NCBI RefSeq assembly: GCF_009914755.1
Contig: NC_060931.1
DNA: 64,000 nt
Source of the DNA: the human T2T-CHM13v2.0 reference genome, Homo sapiens
Reading direction: 5' to 3' (one strand)
The notes beneath the pieces were generated by a model. That model was given only the letters and a program-made list of their open reading frames with translations, made no database searches and was not told where the DNA came from. A program made the translations under genes and the position numbers. The number at the start of each line of letters is the position of its first letter. The stretch's first letter is position 1. Below are positions 26,553 through 38,839 of this stretch, in pieces.

Positions 26553-28429
26553 AAACAAAACCAAAATGCACATGTAAGTAAAGTATGATTTTTCACCATT
26601 TCAAGAACAAAATTGGCATATGATGGTATATATAATTCTGCAACTACATTAATGTTTATAACTGAAGAAACACTCATATCAATATTTTCATTATATTGTA
26701 TAGTTTTTCCATTGAATGCATTTGTTTATTTTGCTAATTAAAAAAAAATTGTGCAGTTAGAAGTTTCCAGAATCTACAAAATAGATATGAATCAATTATA
26801 ATAAAATAGCAATTACATTCTAATGTAAATGTACAAAGTTTTGTTCTGAATTTTTCATGATCACTACCTTGATTTAGCCCTCAAGACTGAAGTTTCAAAG
26901 TTGAGGGCCCTCCTTTGCATAAGTAAATTAGGAAATATGCTGAGAAGCATTTACAACCCACACTAAAGGGTCTATTGTGAAATACATTGACTTCATAATT
27001 GCTATGAAGAGTTGCTTTGCTGTTTTGATCTTTGCATGGTAAAACTCTTCCAAATGTTTCTAAAGAAAGAGAGCAATGTATGAAGTGCAAAAGTGTTGAA
27101 ATCTACTACTGATCAAAATATTCCATTTGATTGTTTTTCTCTTAACACTGTAAAGCTTAGAGTCCTAATTTAGAGAATGGACATGGGTTGTCTCTGTTCT
27201 TTCCTAAATTTGTCTGCCTTCCTATTGGTGGCCCTGAGAAGCTTTTTGCTATTTCTTTGATGACTTTGCATTTGAGGCTTTGCAGGTGTAGGTGGGCTGG
27301 GGAGGTGTTTTTGTTTATGTCTTCAAGGAGAGTGCCTGGATAGAGAAAGGATTATTCAGGGGTTTACTTTGGTATTTAAAAATTGATATTCAACTTATTA
27401 AAATTACAAATTCATCTCATCTCAGCCTTCTGAAAGTTAAAAACTCAAAACATTTATTTCTTCCGTAAGCTTTTAAATTCAATCTCTATATATAACTATA
27501 CATGTTAGTCTAAAAAGTTTTAACAATCACTTTGAAGGAGCTTTGATTCATAGTTGATCCTACTTACAAAATTAATTTTAAAACTTCAAATATATAAAAC
27601 AACATTTATAAATTTCAAATAATTGATTTCCTTCTAAATACTACAATAGTCTAATTGAACAAACTTTTCCTAAATATTTAAAAATTACACTGTACATTTA
27701 ATAAATTAAGCTTATAAATAAGAACTTTAAGTTATCTAAAATGATCTAATATTATTTGCAAACAAAGCTATTTCAACTTAGAAATTTCAAGTGTAAATCA
27801 ATTACTCAATTACACATTTTCAATTTATTGATAAGGTTGACTAATATTCTAATAGATGAAATCTTATAAACATATTCAGATGCCTTATTACAAAAATATT
27901 AACATTATGTTTTGATTCTCTTACAGTTTTTAATGTTAATCTAAATATTTTTCCGGGTAAAAGATGCTAACCAGCTAAAATACAATATGTCACTCTCCAA
28001 AATTTAGGGGATACCTTCTTAACAGCTAGAAGTTCTTAACAGCTGAAAGTAGCAGGCCTGATACAAACTGAATTCTTGTCAGTGACACAAATGGGCCACT
28101 TCAACCAAATGGACAGACTATAACAGAGACTTCATAGCATAATGAAGGGGCTGATATCACAGAGAACCTATGTCCTGTAAAATACAGTTTCCCATAAATG
28201 AATGAAAATCTCAGTGAAAATCTGCTACCCTCACTTACCCTGTTACATCACTTAACCGGGCTTTTTCATTCCTTTCCTTCACACAATATTTAAATGTCTT
28301 TTCAAAAGCTGCAAAGACCTTGAACTTGACAGACTCTTGCACTTTTTTTTCATATTAACCCTGTCTCTTAGGGCCACAGAATAGATTATAAGATGGCATC
28401 TAATCAAATAGTTAGCTATTTATTTACAG

Positions 28430-28665
28430 TTAGTTGTAGCATGGTTATGAAAAACAGACTTTGCAATCAAATTTGCATGGATTGGAATCCCAGGCCTGCC
28501 GTTTTCTAATTAGGTGACGTTGGGCAAGACACTTAAAGTCTCTGGGTCTCAGTTTTCTCATCTGTGAAAAGTATTATTTTGATATTTGTTGTGAGATGTA
28601 AATAAGTTAATGTAGAAAAAGACATTAAGACAGTCCCGGGCACATACATTATATAAGCATTAGCA
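28430..28665 (+). mobile_element. MIR
   Basis: Core gtgacgttgggcaagacacttaaagtctctgggtctcagttttctcatctgtgaaa. Confidence 0.75.
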
Positions 28666-29035
28666 ACCACATATTGTTGCTCTTTCATGAGATAGAACAT
28701 TCTATTGATAGACTGCCTGCCCATTTTGTAATATTCAATAATTGTCCATAAGATGTGCCTGGTAAAAGTTTCTAGCTTAGGCCTTGTGTATTTCTCTATT
28801 AATTCGAACCTTACTGAAGTATAATTATTTTTTAGAAAAGAAGAAAATGATCATTCTAAAGCTTTGTTGGAGCACTGGGCCTTTTTGCTTAGCCAAAGGC
28901 AACTTCTCCAGGCTAAGCCACTACTGGGAACTCTGAAGCATGGGAGAGGGTGGACCCATGGACTGGCTCACTCAACATCCATCCCAGACTCTTCTCACAG
29001 GTCTTCCCTCACACAGAAGTGAAAAGCTGACCACC

Positions 29036-29485
29036 TGCTATGGTTTGGATATGGTTTGTTTGTCCCCACAAAATCATGCTGAAACTTGATTCTCAATGTG
29101 GCTGTGTTGTGGGGTGGGGCCTAGTGGGAGGTGTTTGGGTCCTGGGGCAGATCCCTCATGAATGGCTTGGTGCCATTTTCATGGTAGGGAGTTCTTTCTT
29201 TCACAGGACTGGATTGGTTCTTGAGGGAATGATTAGTTCCCACAAAAGTGGGTTGTTATCAAGCCAGGATGCCCCCTCAGGTATGGTCTCTCTTCTCCCA
29301 TGTCTGCTTCCCCTTTGACCTTCTCCACCATGTTTTGATACAGCACAAAAGCCCTCACCAAAAGTTGAGCAGATGCCAGTGCCATGCTTCCTGTACAGCC
29401 TACAGAACCATGAGCTAAATAAACCTATTTTCTTTATAAATTAGCCAACCTCAGTTATTCTTTTACAGCAAAACAGACTAAGATA
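29036..29485 (+). mobile_element. MST-family MaLR solo LTR (MSTB-like)
   Basis: Starts tgctatggtttggatatgg, contains gagctaaataaacc, ends gactaagata. 5-bp TSD ccacc at 29031-29035 and 29486-29490. Confidence 0.9.
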
Positions 29486-29796
29486 CCACCATGTTCTTAA
29501 ACTCCCTTGCAACTAGGGTCTGCCAAGTGATTTGGGCTACACACATGAGGTGCACCCATACATGAGTGGGAAGGTGGCAACAAAGATGGAGGAGCTCCGT
29601 GGTCCTTATGCTGCTTCTCCTCTTTCTTCTACAATCACAGAAGTGGAAATGTTGGACTGAAGCAAAGATTCCAGTGCCCAGTCCCTGACTTTGTTAATGT
29701 TGAGAACTAACAACAACAAAAAAAATATGTTGCTTTCTTCCTTTCTTCACTCAAAAATTTCTTCTGTTTGGTCCCCAGACCATACACAGTCTGGAG

Positions 29797-30032
29797 CAGT
29801 GGTTCTCAGCCAGAGGAAATGTCCCATCCTCCCAGGACACATCTGGCAATATCTGGAGACATTTTTGATTGTCATGAACAGGTATCAGGTGGGGCTGGGA
29901 TGGGGATGACATTGGTATTTACTGGGTAGAGGTCAGGGATGCTACTAAACATCCTACAATGGACAGGCCAGTCTTCACAACAAAAAATTATCTAGTCCAA
30001 AATGTCAATAGTGCAGAGGTTGGGAAATCCTA
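29797..30032 (+). mobile_element. MER20 (hAT-Charlie DNA transposon)
   Basis: cagtggttctcagcc...ctggagacatttttgattgtca...gggtagaggtcagggatgctactaaacatcctacaatg...aaaatgtcaatagtgcagaggttgggaaatcc. Confidence 0.85.
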
Positions 30033-30334
30033 GCACCATACACTGTGTTCTGTATCTGCTTACTAAGTGGCTCTTTAGCTCCATGAATATGATTGTATTG
30101 AACCCCAGAAGATGAAGCGATAACAAGTAAAAAGTGAAATTGGGAGGAGAGCATGAGATGACTGTAAGGAGCAGAAAAACTTCCTGGGATTGTGTCTATT
30201 TTGTTAGTTTATTGATGAGTTAGTGTGCATTTAATTCAAGTGAGTGAATTCAAGTGAGCAAGTGTTCTAAGAGTAAAAAGATGGAGGAAATTTTGAATCC
30301 GTTACCAAAGCTGTTGAAATCATCCCTAGACCCT

Positions 30335-30493
30335 CACCACCCAAAATGTGGTCCAGAAACCAACACCACTGGCACCGCCTGAGAGTTTTTTAGAAATGAA
30401 GACACCCCAGTCCTACCTCTGAGATTTTTAATAAGAATCAACATTTTTAACAAGACCTCCATTATGCCAATATGCACATTGAAAATGTACTGC
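30335..30493. mobile_element. MER5A-like hAT relic
   Basis: aaatgtggtccagaaacc...ttagaaatgaaga...atttttaacaaga motif order. Confidence 0.55.
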
Positions 30494-32934
30494 ATAGGCA
30501 ACACCAGCAGGTGTGTATGAATTGGAGAGACAACTTTTAATTGACAAGTACTTGGATAGTGAATTGCATGGTATCACACTTTTGCTCCCTGGCTGGTAAA
30601 ATGCAGAATTTCAACATGAGACACAAATCAGTATAACTTCAGATCTGCTTTGTTTTATATCTGATTGCTACTTAATCACCAGTGGCCTGGAACACATAGA
30701 TTATTTCTTTCTCCCTCTATTAAGTATTTAATGATCTGCAAACAAGCTCCTGAAAAGATGCCACTTATAGAGACCCTATGGTCCTTTTGTAATATGAGTC
30801 ATTTCGCCCCTTATTGTTCCTCTTTGTAAGAAAGATGTTTAGTTCGGAGCATTAAGTGTACTATTTAAAAATGTGAAAGGCTATTTATTAGAGAGAGATT
30901 ACATCTCCCCAACAGAAATATTCCCAGCACTGCCACCCACACACATATGCACACCACTCTTTGTCTATACCCCAAAGAGATTTTGTAGTCGGTACTTCTT
31001 GGCGGCCCTCACTTTGCTCCTCCGGAGATCACACACAGACTGTGGCTCTACACATCACTAAATTACCTGTGCAGGGATTCTGCAGGAAAATCTGCCAAGA
31101 GTAAGACCATGGCAGAGGCAAATGGGTGGTTTTCAAACTCTATTTCCTGGAGCCCTAGTATTCCTTAGAGCAGTCTCAGGGGTTGAGGGACAGTTGAGTA
31201 GTGGGGTTTATGGGACCTTCCACTCCCATTCCATCAAGAGCACTTGTATTTGTATCTGTTTTAGAGATTGGGGTGTATAAGATTGCATTTGAAAAATGCT
31301 AACTGTATATGAGAAACATCTGAAGGACACTGGAGCAGATGATTGCTAAGATCTAGTCAAGATCCATTATCCTTTAACCTGAAGAAACACAACTGTAACC
31401 AAAAATATGAAAAAAATGCTTACCCTTAACAATAATCAAACACAATTCCATTTTTTATTGTTATTATGAAAAGCATCAAAAAAACACCAACAGCTTATCA
31501 GGGTGTGATGTAACACATTCAAACATATATGTGATAGATTATAAGATGATATAAAATTTTTGAGTAGTTAGACAATATTCATAAAAATCTAAAAGATTAT
31601 GCACATCCTCTTATGTAGCAATCCCACATAACTCTTTCATAGAGAAATAATTCAAAACTGATTAAAATTATACTCACATATTTATTATAGTGCTATTATT
31701 ACATGAGAAAAACAAAAAACAATCTAAATATCCAAAATAGTGAAAATAGTGCAATTATTCAAATATGAATATAATAACTTTGTAATGACATAATAAATAC
31801 TTATGACATCATGTTAGGTTAAAAAATACAATATAGAAAGTGTGTAAACTATGCTTTTAAAATTTCATTATGTATTTTAAAAAGAGCAAAACATTCAGAG
31901 GAGTTGTATGGATGATGAGATTATCATCCATCTTTTTTCTTGTCACTATTTTCTAAATTTTGTATAATTTGAACGTTACTTATAATGAAAAAACTATTTT
32001 TGAAAGATCTTAACAGACTTCAGTGACCCACCATTAAAGATGTATCTTTAAACTTTTATGTAACATCCACCACCCTAGGCACTTGATATTTTAAAAAAGA
32101 GAAGAAAGTAGCTCTCATCATTTAGTCAACTAAAGAACACAGTGAAACAGGGTAAGTGTGCCTAAATGTGTGTACACAGCACTACAGGGACCCAGCAGCT
32201 GAAGGAACTCATTCTATCAGAGTGAGCCTCAGAATGTATTATCTGTATATTAATGATATGACACACAGGAATACATCTACTTGGATTCATTTCTTTCTTT
32301 GTAGTATTTGTCCCCTCACCCCACCCAAAAAGGCGTAAAAGTGCTGAAGGCAGACTTGACTCTATATAGAGAGAGTAACATGGGCAACAAGTTTAGTCTT
32401 ACTTGTGGAGACTTTTACGCATACAAGGAACAGGGTCAAAGGACAGGACTTTGGAAAGCAAGGAGTCACTGTCACTGGGCCATGCTCGAGAGGTAAAGCC
32501 AGAGGGTTGAACAAGGTACTTCCCAGATAACCAAACAGAAACAAAGGCAGCATCACATCAGAGACTCTAGGAGACCTGGTGATTTCTGGTGCCCTTCTAT
32601 CTGGGCATGGCCTTTTTAATTTAATGCTTATAAAGTAGACCCCTGATCTGAATTTATAAGTTGAAGGATTATTATGTATGCCATTAATTTGTTGGGAAAT
32701 GGGAAGTGGAAAGGGACTTACCCTAGAAAATTTATCTAAAGACAGAAAAAGTTTTAGACCTTAATCTAATAGATAACATCAGGCCAGCAAAGAGCTCACT
32801 GGCTTCCTTTTCCACACATCTTCCTCATTGTTCATTTTCATGCTGGCATGATGTTTGATTCAACTGGGAATAGATTAGCTAATTACTAATTAGGGTTAAA
32901 TGATCATCCCCAATTTGCTATCTTGGAGTATACG

Positions 32935-33210
32935 GTGATCATTTGTATTAACTGCCTAATATACGTACTGTGTGCAAGTACTGTGCTGGGTTTTTTACAG
33001 GTTAAATTCATTAAGCTAGAAAAGATCATCTATGTTAATTGCCTAAAAAATGTCTGAGGTAGCTGTTATTAATTCCATTTTACAGATTAAAAGATGGAGG
33101 CTTGGGAAACTTGAATAACTTGGCCATGGCACAGGGCTAGTAAGTGGCCAGCTACAAAGTAGACTTAGGTGTGAGTGGGCCCAATGCCCCTGATCTTTCC
33201 ACCACGTCAA
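32935..33210 (-). mobile_element. MIR
   Basis: ccattttacagattaaaagatggaggcttggg...aacttggccatggcacagggctagtaagtggc. Confidence 0.7.
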
Positions 33211-33439
33211 GCAACCAGCATTCTGGGAGAGCTGATGGGTGGCAGTCCTTAAGCCCTTGTGAAGGTACCGTCTCAGCAGCACCAGCTGGGCTGAACAAAG
33301 AAACAAAGTGTAGAACAATTTCAGTGCACAGGGCACACTGCTGCTTGATCTTCCCAGCAGATCTATAAGCTGGTTGATAGTGCCTGGTACCTTTCTCCTC
33401 CTCATCCTCAGGAGCTGGAAAGTAGCCTCTCTTTATAAA

Positions 33440-35010
33440 ATGTCTGGGATATACCCAGTTTATGGCCTTGCAATATCATTTCTCTCCAAGGGAACCAGAA
33501 GAAATGACTGATTCCAGGGCTGGGCCAAAAAAAAGTCCAAGATGAGCCTGACATATCTTGCCATACCAAACTGCAACAAAGCTCTTGGTGAGTACCGGGA
33601 TCATGACCAAAGTACCCAAAAGTCGATCTGAGTAAACCCCCATTGGGCAAAGATAGCACAGTAACTGCAAAGGGTTGAAACACAAATATGCTTAAATCCA
33701 TGAATTCATAATGATACCACAACAAAAACATTATTGGTCACCTTTGGCAGATGCTAGGTATATTAGTCTGTTCTCACGCTGCTGATAAAGACATACCTGA
33801 GACTGGGTAATTTATAAAGAAAAAGAAGTTTAATTAACTCACAGTTCCACATGGCTGGGGAGGCCTCACAATCATAGCAAAAGGCAAGGAGGAGCAAGTC
33901 ACATCTTACATGGCAGCAGGCAGGAGAAGAATGAGAACCAAGCAAAAGGGATTTCCCCTTATAAAACCATCAGAGCTCGTGAGACTTATTCACTACTACA
34001 AGAACGGTATGGGGGAAACCGCCCCCATGATTCAATTATCTCCCACCCAGTCCCTCTCACAACACATGGGAATTATGGGAGCTACAATTCAAAATGAGAT
34101 TTGAGTAGGGACACAACCAAACCATATCGCTAGGTAATCAGCATATTGTTGAGAAAACTAGTAAATACAGGGAAAGTCTCAAACATTTATCCTGTCTCTC
34201 CTATAATATCTGAACCTAAGACAGCCAAGTAGTTGATAAAACAAAGTCTCTTTATAGAAGTGTTCCAGTTAATAAAAAGAATTAGAATATCACCACTTCA
34301 CAACTGTTCAGTATGAATGATCATAATGGCTGACAACATGATAAAAAGAGAAACAAGTATAGGTTAAATAGAGAGATAGATTATAAACAATAGATGATAG
34401 ATGAGAGAGAGAAAGAGAGAGAGAGAGATGGCATCTATCCAAGCCTCTAACTATAAACACCCAATTTATAAGAGACAGGAAAACATGTAAAACAACCACC
34501 ACATGTGAACAACAAAATCAAAATTGTGAGAAATTCTCCAGGACAAAAGATTCAGCTTCTTCAACAACAATAACAGATGAATCATGAGAGACATAGGAGA
34601 AATGTCAATAAATCACAATGTTTAGGCTATATTTGGATTATGATTAAAACAAACTATTGAAAAATTTACCTTATCATCACAAAGCAGATGAGAAAGAAAG
34701 AAAATGAAATTTTAAAAAAAAATTTACCTGATAATCAGAAATCTGGGAACACTGGATAGTCGATGCTAAGGAATTAATTATGTGAGTGTGACAATAATAT
34801 TGTGGTCATCTTATCTTTGAGAGGCACATATCAAAGTATTCCGATGTGATGTCTGAGATTTAGTTCAAAATAACATTGAAGAGGGTAGAGTTGACACAAT
34901 ACTTCCCAGACATTCTTGGTTGTAATTGTGTATGGTATGTATGAATAAGTAATGATACATCGGGTCCACTGTACTGTTTTTTCTACATATATTTGAAATT
35001 TTCAATAATA
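33440..35010 (+). mobile_element. Old L1 3' UTR (L1MC4/5-like), interrupted by a THE1 LTR
   Basis: ccaagggaaccag...ttccagggctggg...atgcttaaatccatgaattcataatgatac, and later gatgctaaggaattaatt...tttgaaattttcaataata. Confidence 0.6.
33759..34129 (-). mobile_element. THE1 (THE1B/C) solo LTR
   Basis: tattagtctgttctcacgctgctgataaagacatacctgagactggg...aaccatatc. 5-bp TSD ctagg at 33754-33758 and 34130-34134. Confidence 0.93.
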
Positions 35011-35106
35011 TAACAGTTTTTTAATAAACTCAAAGACTCCTATGAAATAGCCTCCTTTCTCTTCCAAACTTGGGGACAAATTATATTTAGTGATATTATA
35101 AGATCT

Positions 35107-35235
35107 GACCAGAAGCGGTGGCTCACGCCTGTAATCCCAAACACTTTGAGAAGCCGAGGCAGGAAGACCTCTTGAGACCAGGAGCTCAAGACCAGCTTGG
35201 TCAACATAGCGAGAGCCCATCTCTTTTTTAAAATA
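35107..35235 (+). mobile_element. Alu monomer (FLAM-like)
   Basis: gcggtggctcacgcctgtaatccc...caagaccagcttggtcaacatagcgagagcccatctc; no right arm. Confidence 0.85.
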
Positions 35236-36802
35236 ATAATTTTTTAAATTTTCTTAATAAAATAAAATAGAGCAAATGCAGCCTGGGGCTTATTTGCAAA
35301 TCTAATCCTTTCTTTAGCTGCAAAAACGACCTGTTCCACACAAGCCATACAAGAGAATCTTGCAATGTTCTTCTACTTAAATTTAAACTGTCACAAATTT
35401 TTAGTGCCACCTCAGATGACTAGATTTGGTGGTCTTGTCGGAAAAGGGGCGTACATTTGGCTAAAACGTGACTGTTGTCCTTGCCGCAGCGCCATTAATA
35501 TGAGAGGGGCGACTGGGCTGTACAGAAAAGGCTTAAAGCTCCCCTGTGCGGTCAGTGTGGGTTAAAACAAGCCGTGCCTCTCGCTCCACGAGCTGGGTGC
35601 CTCCTTATCCCCTCAGTCCTAAAGACAGCTGTAGCCAGAGATTTTTTTGAGAATTCATTTTGCTAAGTCTGATACCCTCTTAAAGGTTAATCCAAACCTC
35701 CCATCCTAATAATTATAATAAATTAATTTCTCAAGAAATTATTTTTCTTTGGAAGAGAACAACCACCCAAAAATCTTCAATAACAGTATTTCTAAAATGT
35801 TTCGATACTTCATATGTGTTTACAGTCTTACAGTGTCAACTTTTGCAGAAACACAGTAGAGTTCACAAAGATACATGAAGCGCAGTTGATATGGAAGGAA
35901 GGAAAATGCAAGTGAGGTTGGGGTAAAAGAAGAGAAAAATAATTAATTAAATAAAACAAAACAAGAAAAGGGCCTGGCATAGACCAACGATGTGAATGAA
36001 CTGAGCAGGATAATTAGCACAAATGTCTGTGATTGCAGTTGGAAGGGAAGAGAGGAAGGATGGAAGCAAGGGTAGAGTGATGGATCCAAAAATAATAGAA
36101 TCTCACCTCCATACAATGTGACTTCATCTCTCTGATCTTGTTTCTCCAGAAAAAAATGGAATAACCTCACCCTCACACCCCACCCAGTTGTACCCCTGTT
36201 GTGATTATTCAATGACTGGGCCTCTGAAAAGCATCCGGCACATAGCAAGAATCTACTGTTAACTCTCTTTTCTCCTCTTTCTGCATCTGTGCTGTCACCT
36301 TATGCTCCTGGTTCTTGGGTCCCTGCCTAGCTAACCTTCCCAGCACGCCCCAGGACAAGCTCCTCCAGGCATCTTTTAAGGCAAGGGTGTAAATGGGGTT
36401 CAGTATATGCAAAGGATATCTACTGCCACACACATGGACTCACCTCTGCAAGATGAACTTTTGCTCCAGGGTCTGCAGGTCTGTAGGTTGCACCTCAGAG
36501 CAACAAATGGCAGTGGTGCCCCTTTATGGGGTCCAGTTCAACCTGCATCAGAGTCATCCACTCTGTTCTTTAAAGGTAGATTCCTGGGTAGGAAGCCCAG
36601 AAATACACACAGTTAGCCAACTCTCCAGACGATTTGATGCACAGAAGAGTTTGGGAACCAGTTATAGAGTGGGAATGAGATAAACAGGCTAGAATCACAA
36701 AGTTTGGGGGCTTTTTTCATGCAAATGTTTGAAAATATTAATTGTTCAGCTCTTTACTGATCAGAAATATGTCCAGATTAAAATACCACATAAAAAGTAA
36801 CA

Positions 36803-37109
36803 CTGGTCCACAGTCCTCTTATCTGAAATTCTGAGGCTCACAAAGCCCTCACAGCTACATTAAAACAAATTCATGTGGCTGCAAAACCTGAACTGGACTG
36901 ATGAGAGACTATTCATATTATTTACATATCTCACCTGATGCAACTATTTGTGTTTCACTGCTGAAATATTTATATTTTTAGAAGATGCTGCCCCAAATAC
37001 CATTGGGAGTATATAACACATGTTATATGCCTTTTCCTGAAATTCAAAATATTCTGAAATCCAAACTACATCTGGCTGCAAAGATTTGAGATATGGGATT
37101 GTGGGTCTG
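36803..37109 (-). mobile_element. Non-autonomous DNA transposon (MER96B-like)
   Basis: Imperfect terminal inverted repeats ctggtccacagtcctcttatct... / ...agatatgggattgtgggtctg. Confidence 0.55.
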
Positions 37110-37786
37110 TTCTAAAAAAGAATAGAGCATATTAAATACTTTCTTCTCAAGCAACTGTTCTTCATTATACCCTGGTTAATGCTAGTTTCTTCCCACTCCT
37201 TTGGAAGCATCTGAGGCCCCCTAGCATCAGAAACATCCTAGAGCTCTCTTGGATGAGCTGCTGCAGCCCCCTACCTAGTAGAGTATGAATCAGCCACGTT
37301 TGGCTTGCATACCTGTCAATAAGGAGCTCAAGTCACCTTCTTTCTCTGCTAAGTCTCTAGAGAAAAACTAGCTTATTGGAGCTTTCTTAGCATTATCACC
37401 AGAGCTTGCCAATTTTTCCCAGCAGAAAGCTCTTCCTACAAAGCAAATAGGAGGCAACCCCACTGCCCTTCACTCTGGCCTTCTCAGATCAACAGAGCAA
37501 TCATGTCATTGGGGCCAAGACAATGGTGTGTGTCACCAGACCTGATCCCTGCATTCAATTCTCACTCTGTCCTTAGAGCAGGTAAATTCTGCAAGCCTCA
37601 ACTTTCTCCTCTGTGGAACAAAGGAATATACTTTTCCAGGACAATGCTCCTTATCCTCAGCAACCAGCATTGGAAATTAGGCAGTCTCAGCCCCTGATCT
37701 GAGAACTAAACTCATAAAAACAATGCAGATCTGTTGAAACATGTCATCTGCCCTTCAAAAGAAGTGATACTTCCCAAGCAGAAATA

Positions 37787-38144
<358 letters not shown>

Positions 38145-38839
38145 CTATGTGAACTAGGTGATATGAAATGTACAAAAGGCAAATCAAGATTTGTCAGTGG
38201 TCTCCTGTGCTTCTCAGGGGAGCAGTATGAACCATTAGAAGAGTTTGGTCATGTGCCCATGTGCCAGGCTCTAGGCAACTTCTAAGGATACCTGTGCTTC
38301 CTGAGTGTCTTCATCTCCTGATACTATATGATTAGCTGACAAAAACATTCTGCTCAGCTTGGTAGTCACAGTTTTTCCTAAAGACTACTACATGATGATT
38401 CCCGTCCGTCATCATTTTCTTGTGAGTTTTGCTTATGTCCTACAACGTGAAGGAGATTGAATTTACAGATTTACAGAATTGAGACCTACACCCAGCCATC
38501 ATCTGTGACAACTGCCCCCTTGGCCCAACCTGCCTCCTCTATTTGCATCAGGAACAAACCATCTTTGTCTGATTTTTCAGTGCAGTTCCCCAGGCTTTTC
38601 TCAAGGTCTTACTATTTTAGAACTTCATTCACCCACTTCAGGTTTCCAGCCAATAACAAAATCTGCATGCCTCAGAATTGAAACTCAGTAAAGATGTCAG
38701 ATTTTTTTCTTTCTAACACCATGAAACAAATTATCATTTAGATTTACTAAGGATATCTTATACTGTATTATAGTGGAGTCTTTGATATAACATTAAACAT
38801 AGTGTAGGCACTTGATAAGGAATTTTTGGCTGACAATGA

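Noticed and set aside
27400-27960. Very AT-rich stretch as a matrix-attachment region or origin
   Set aside because: Composition alone is not diagnostic and no specific structure is seen.
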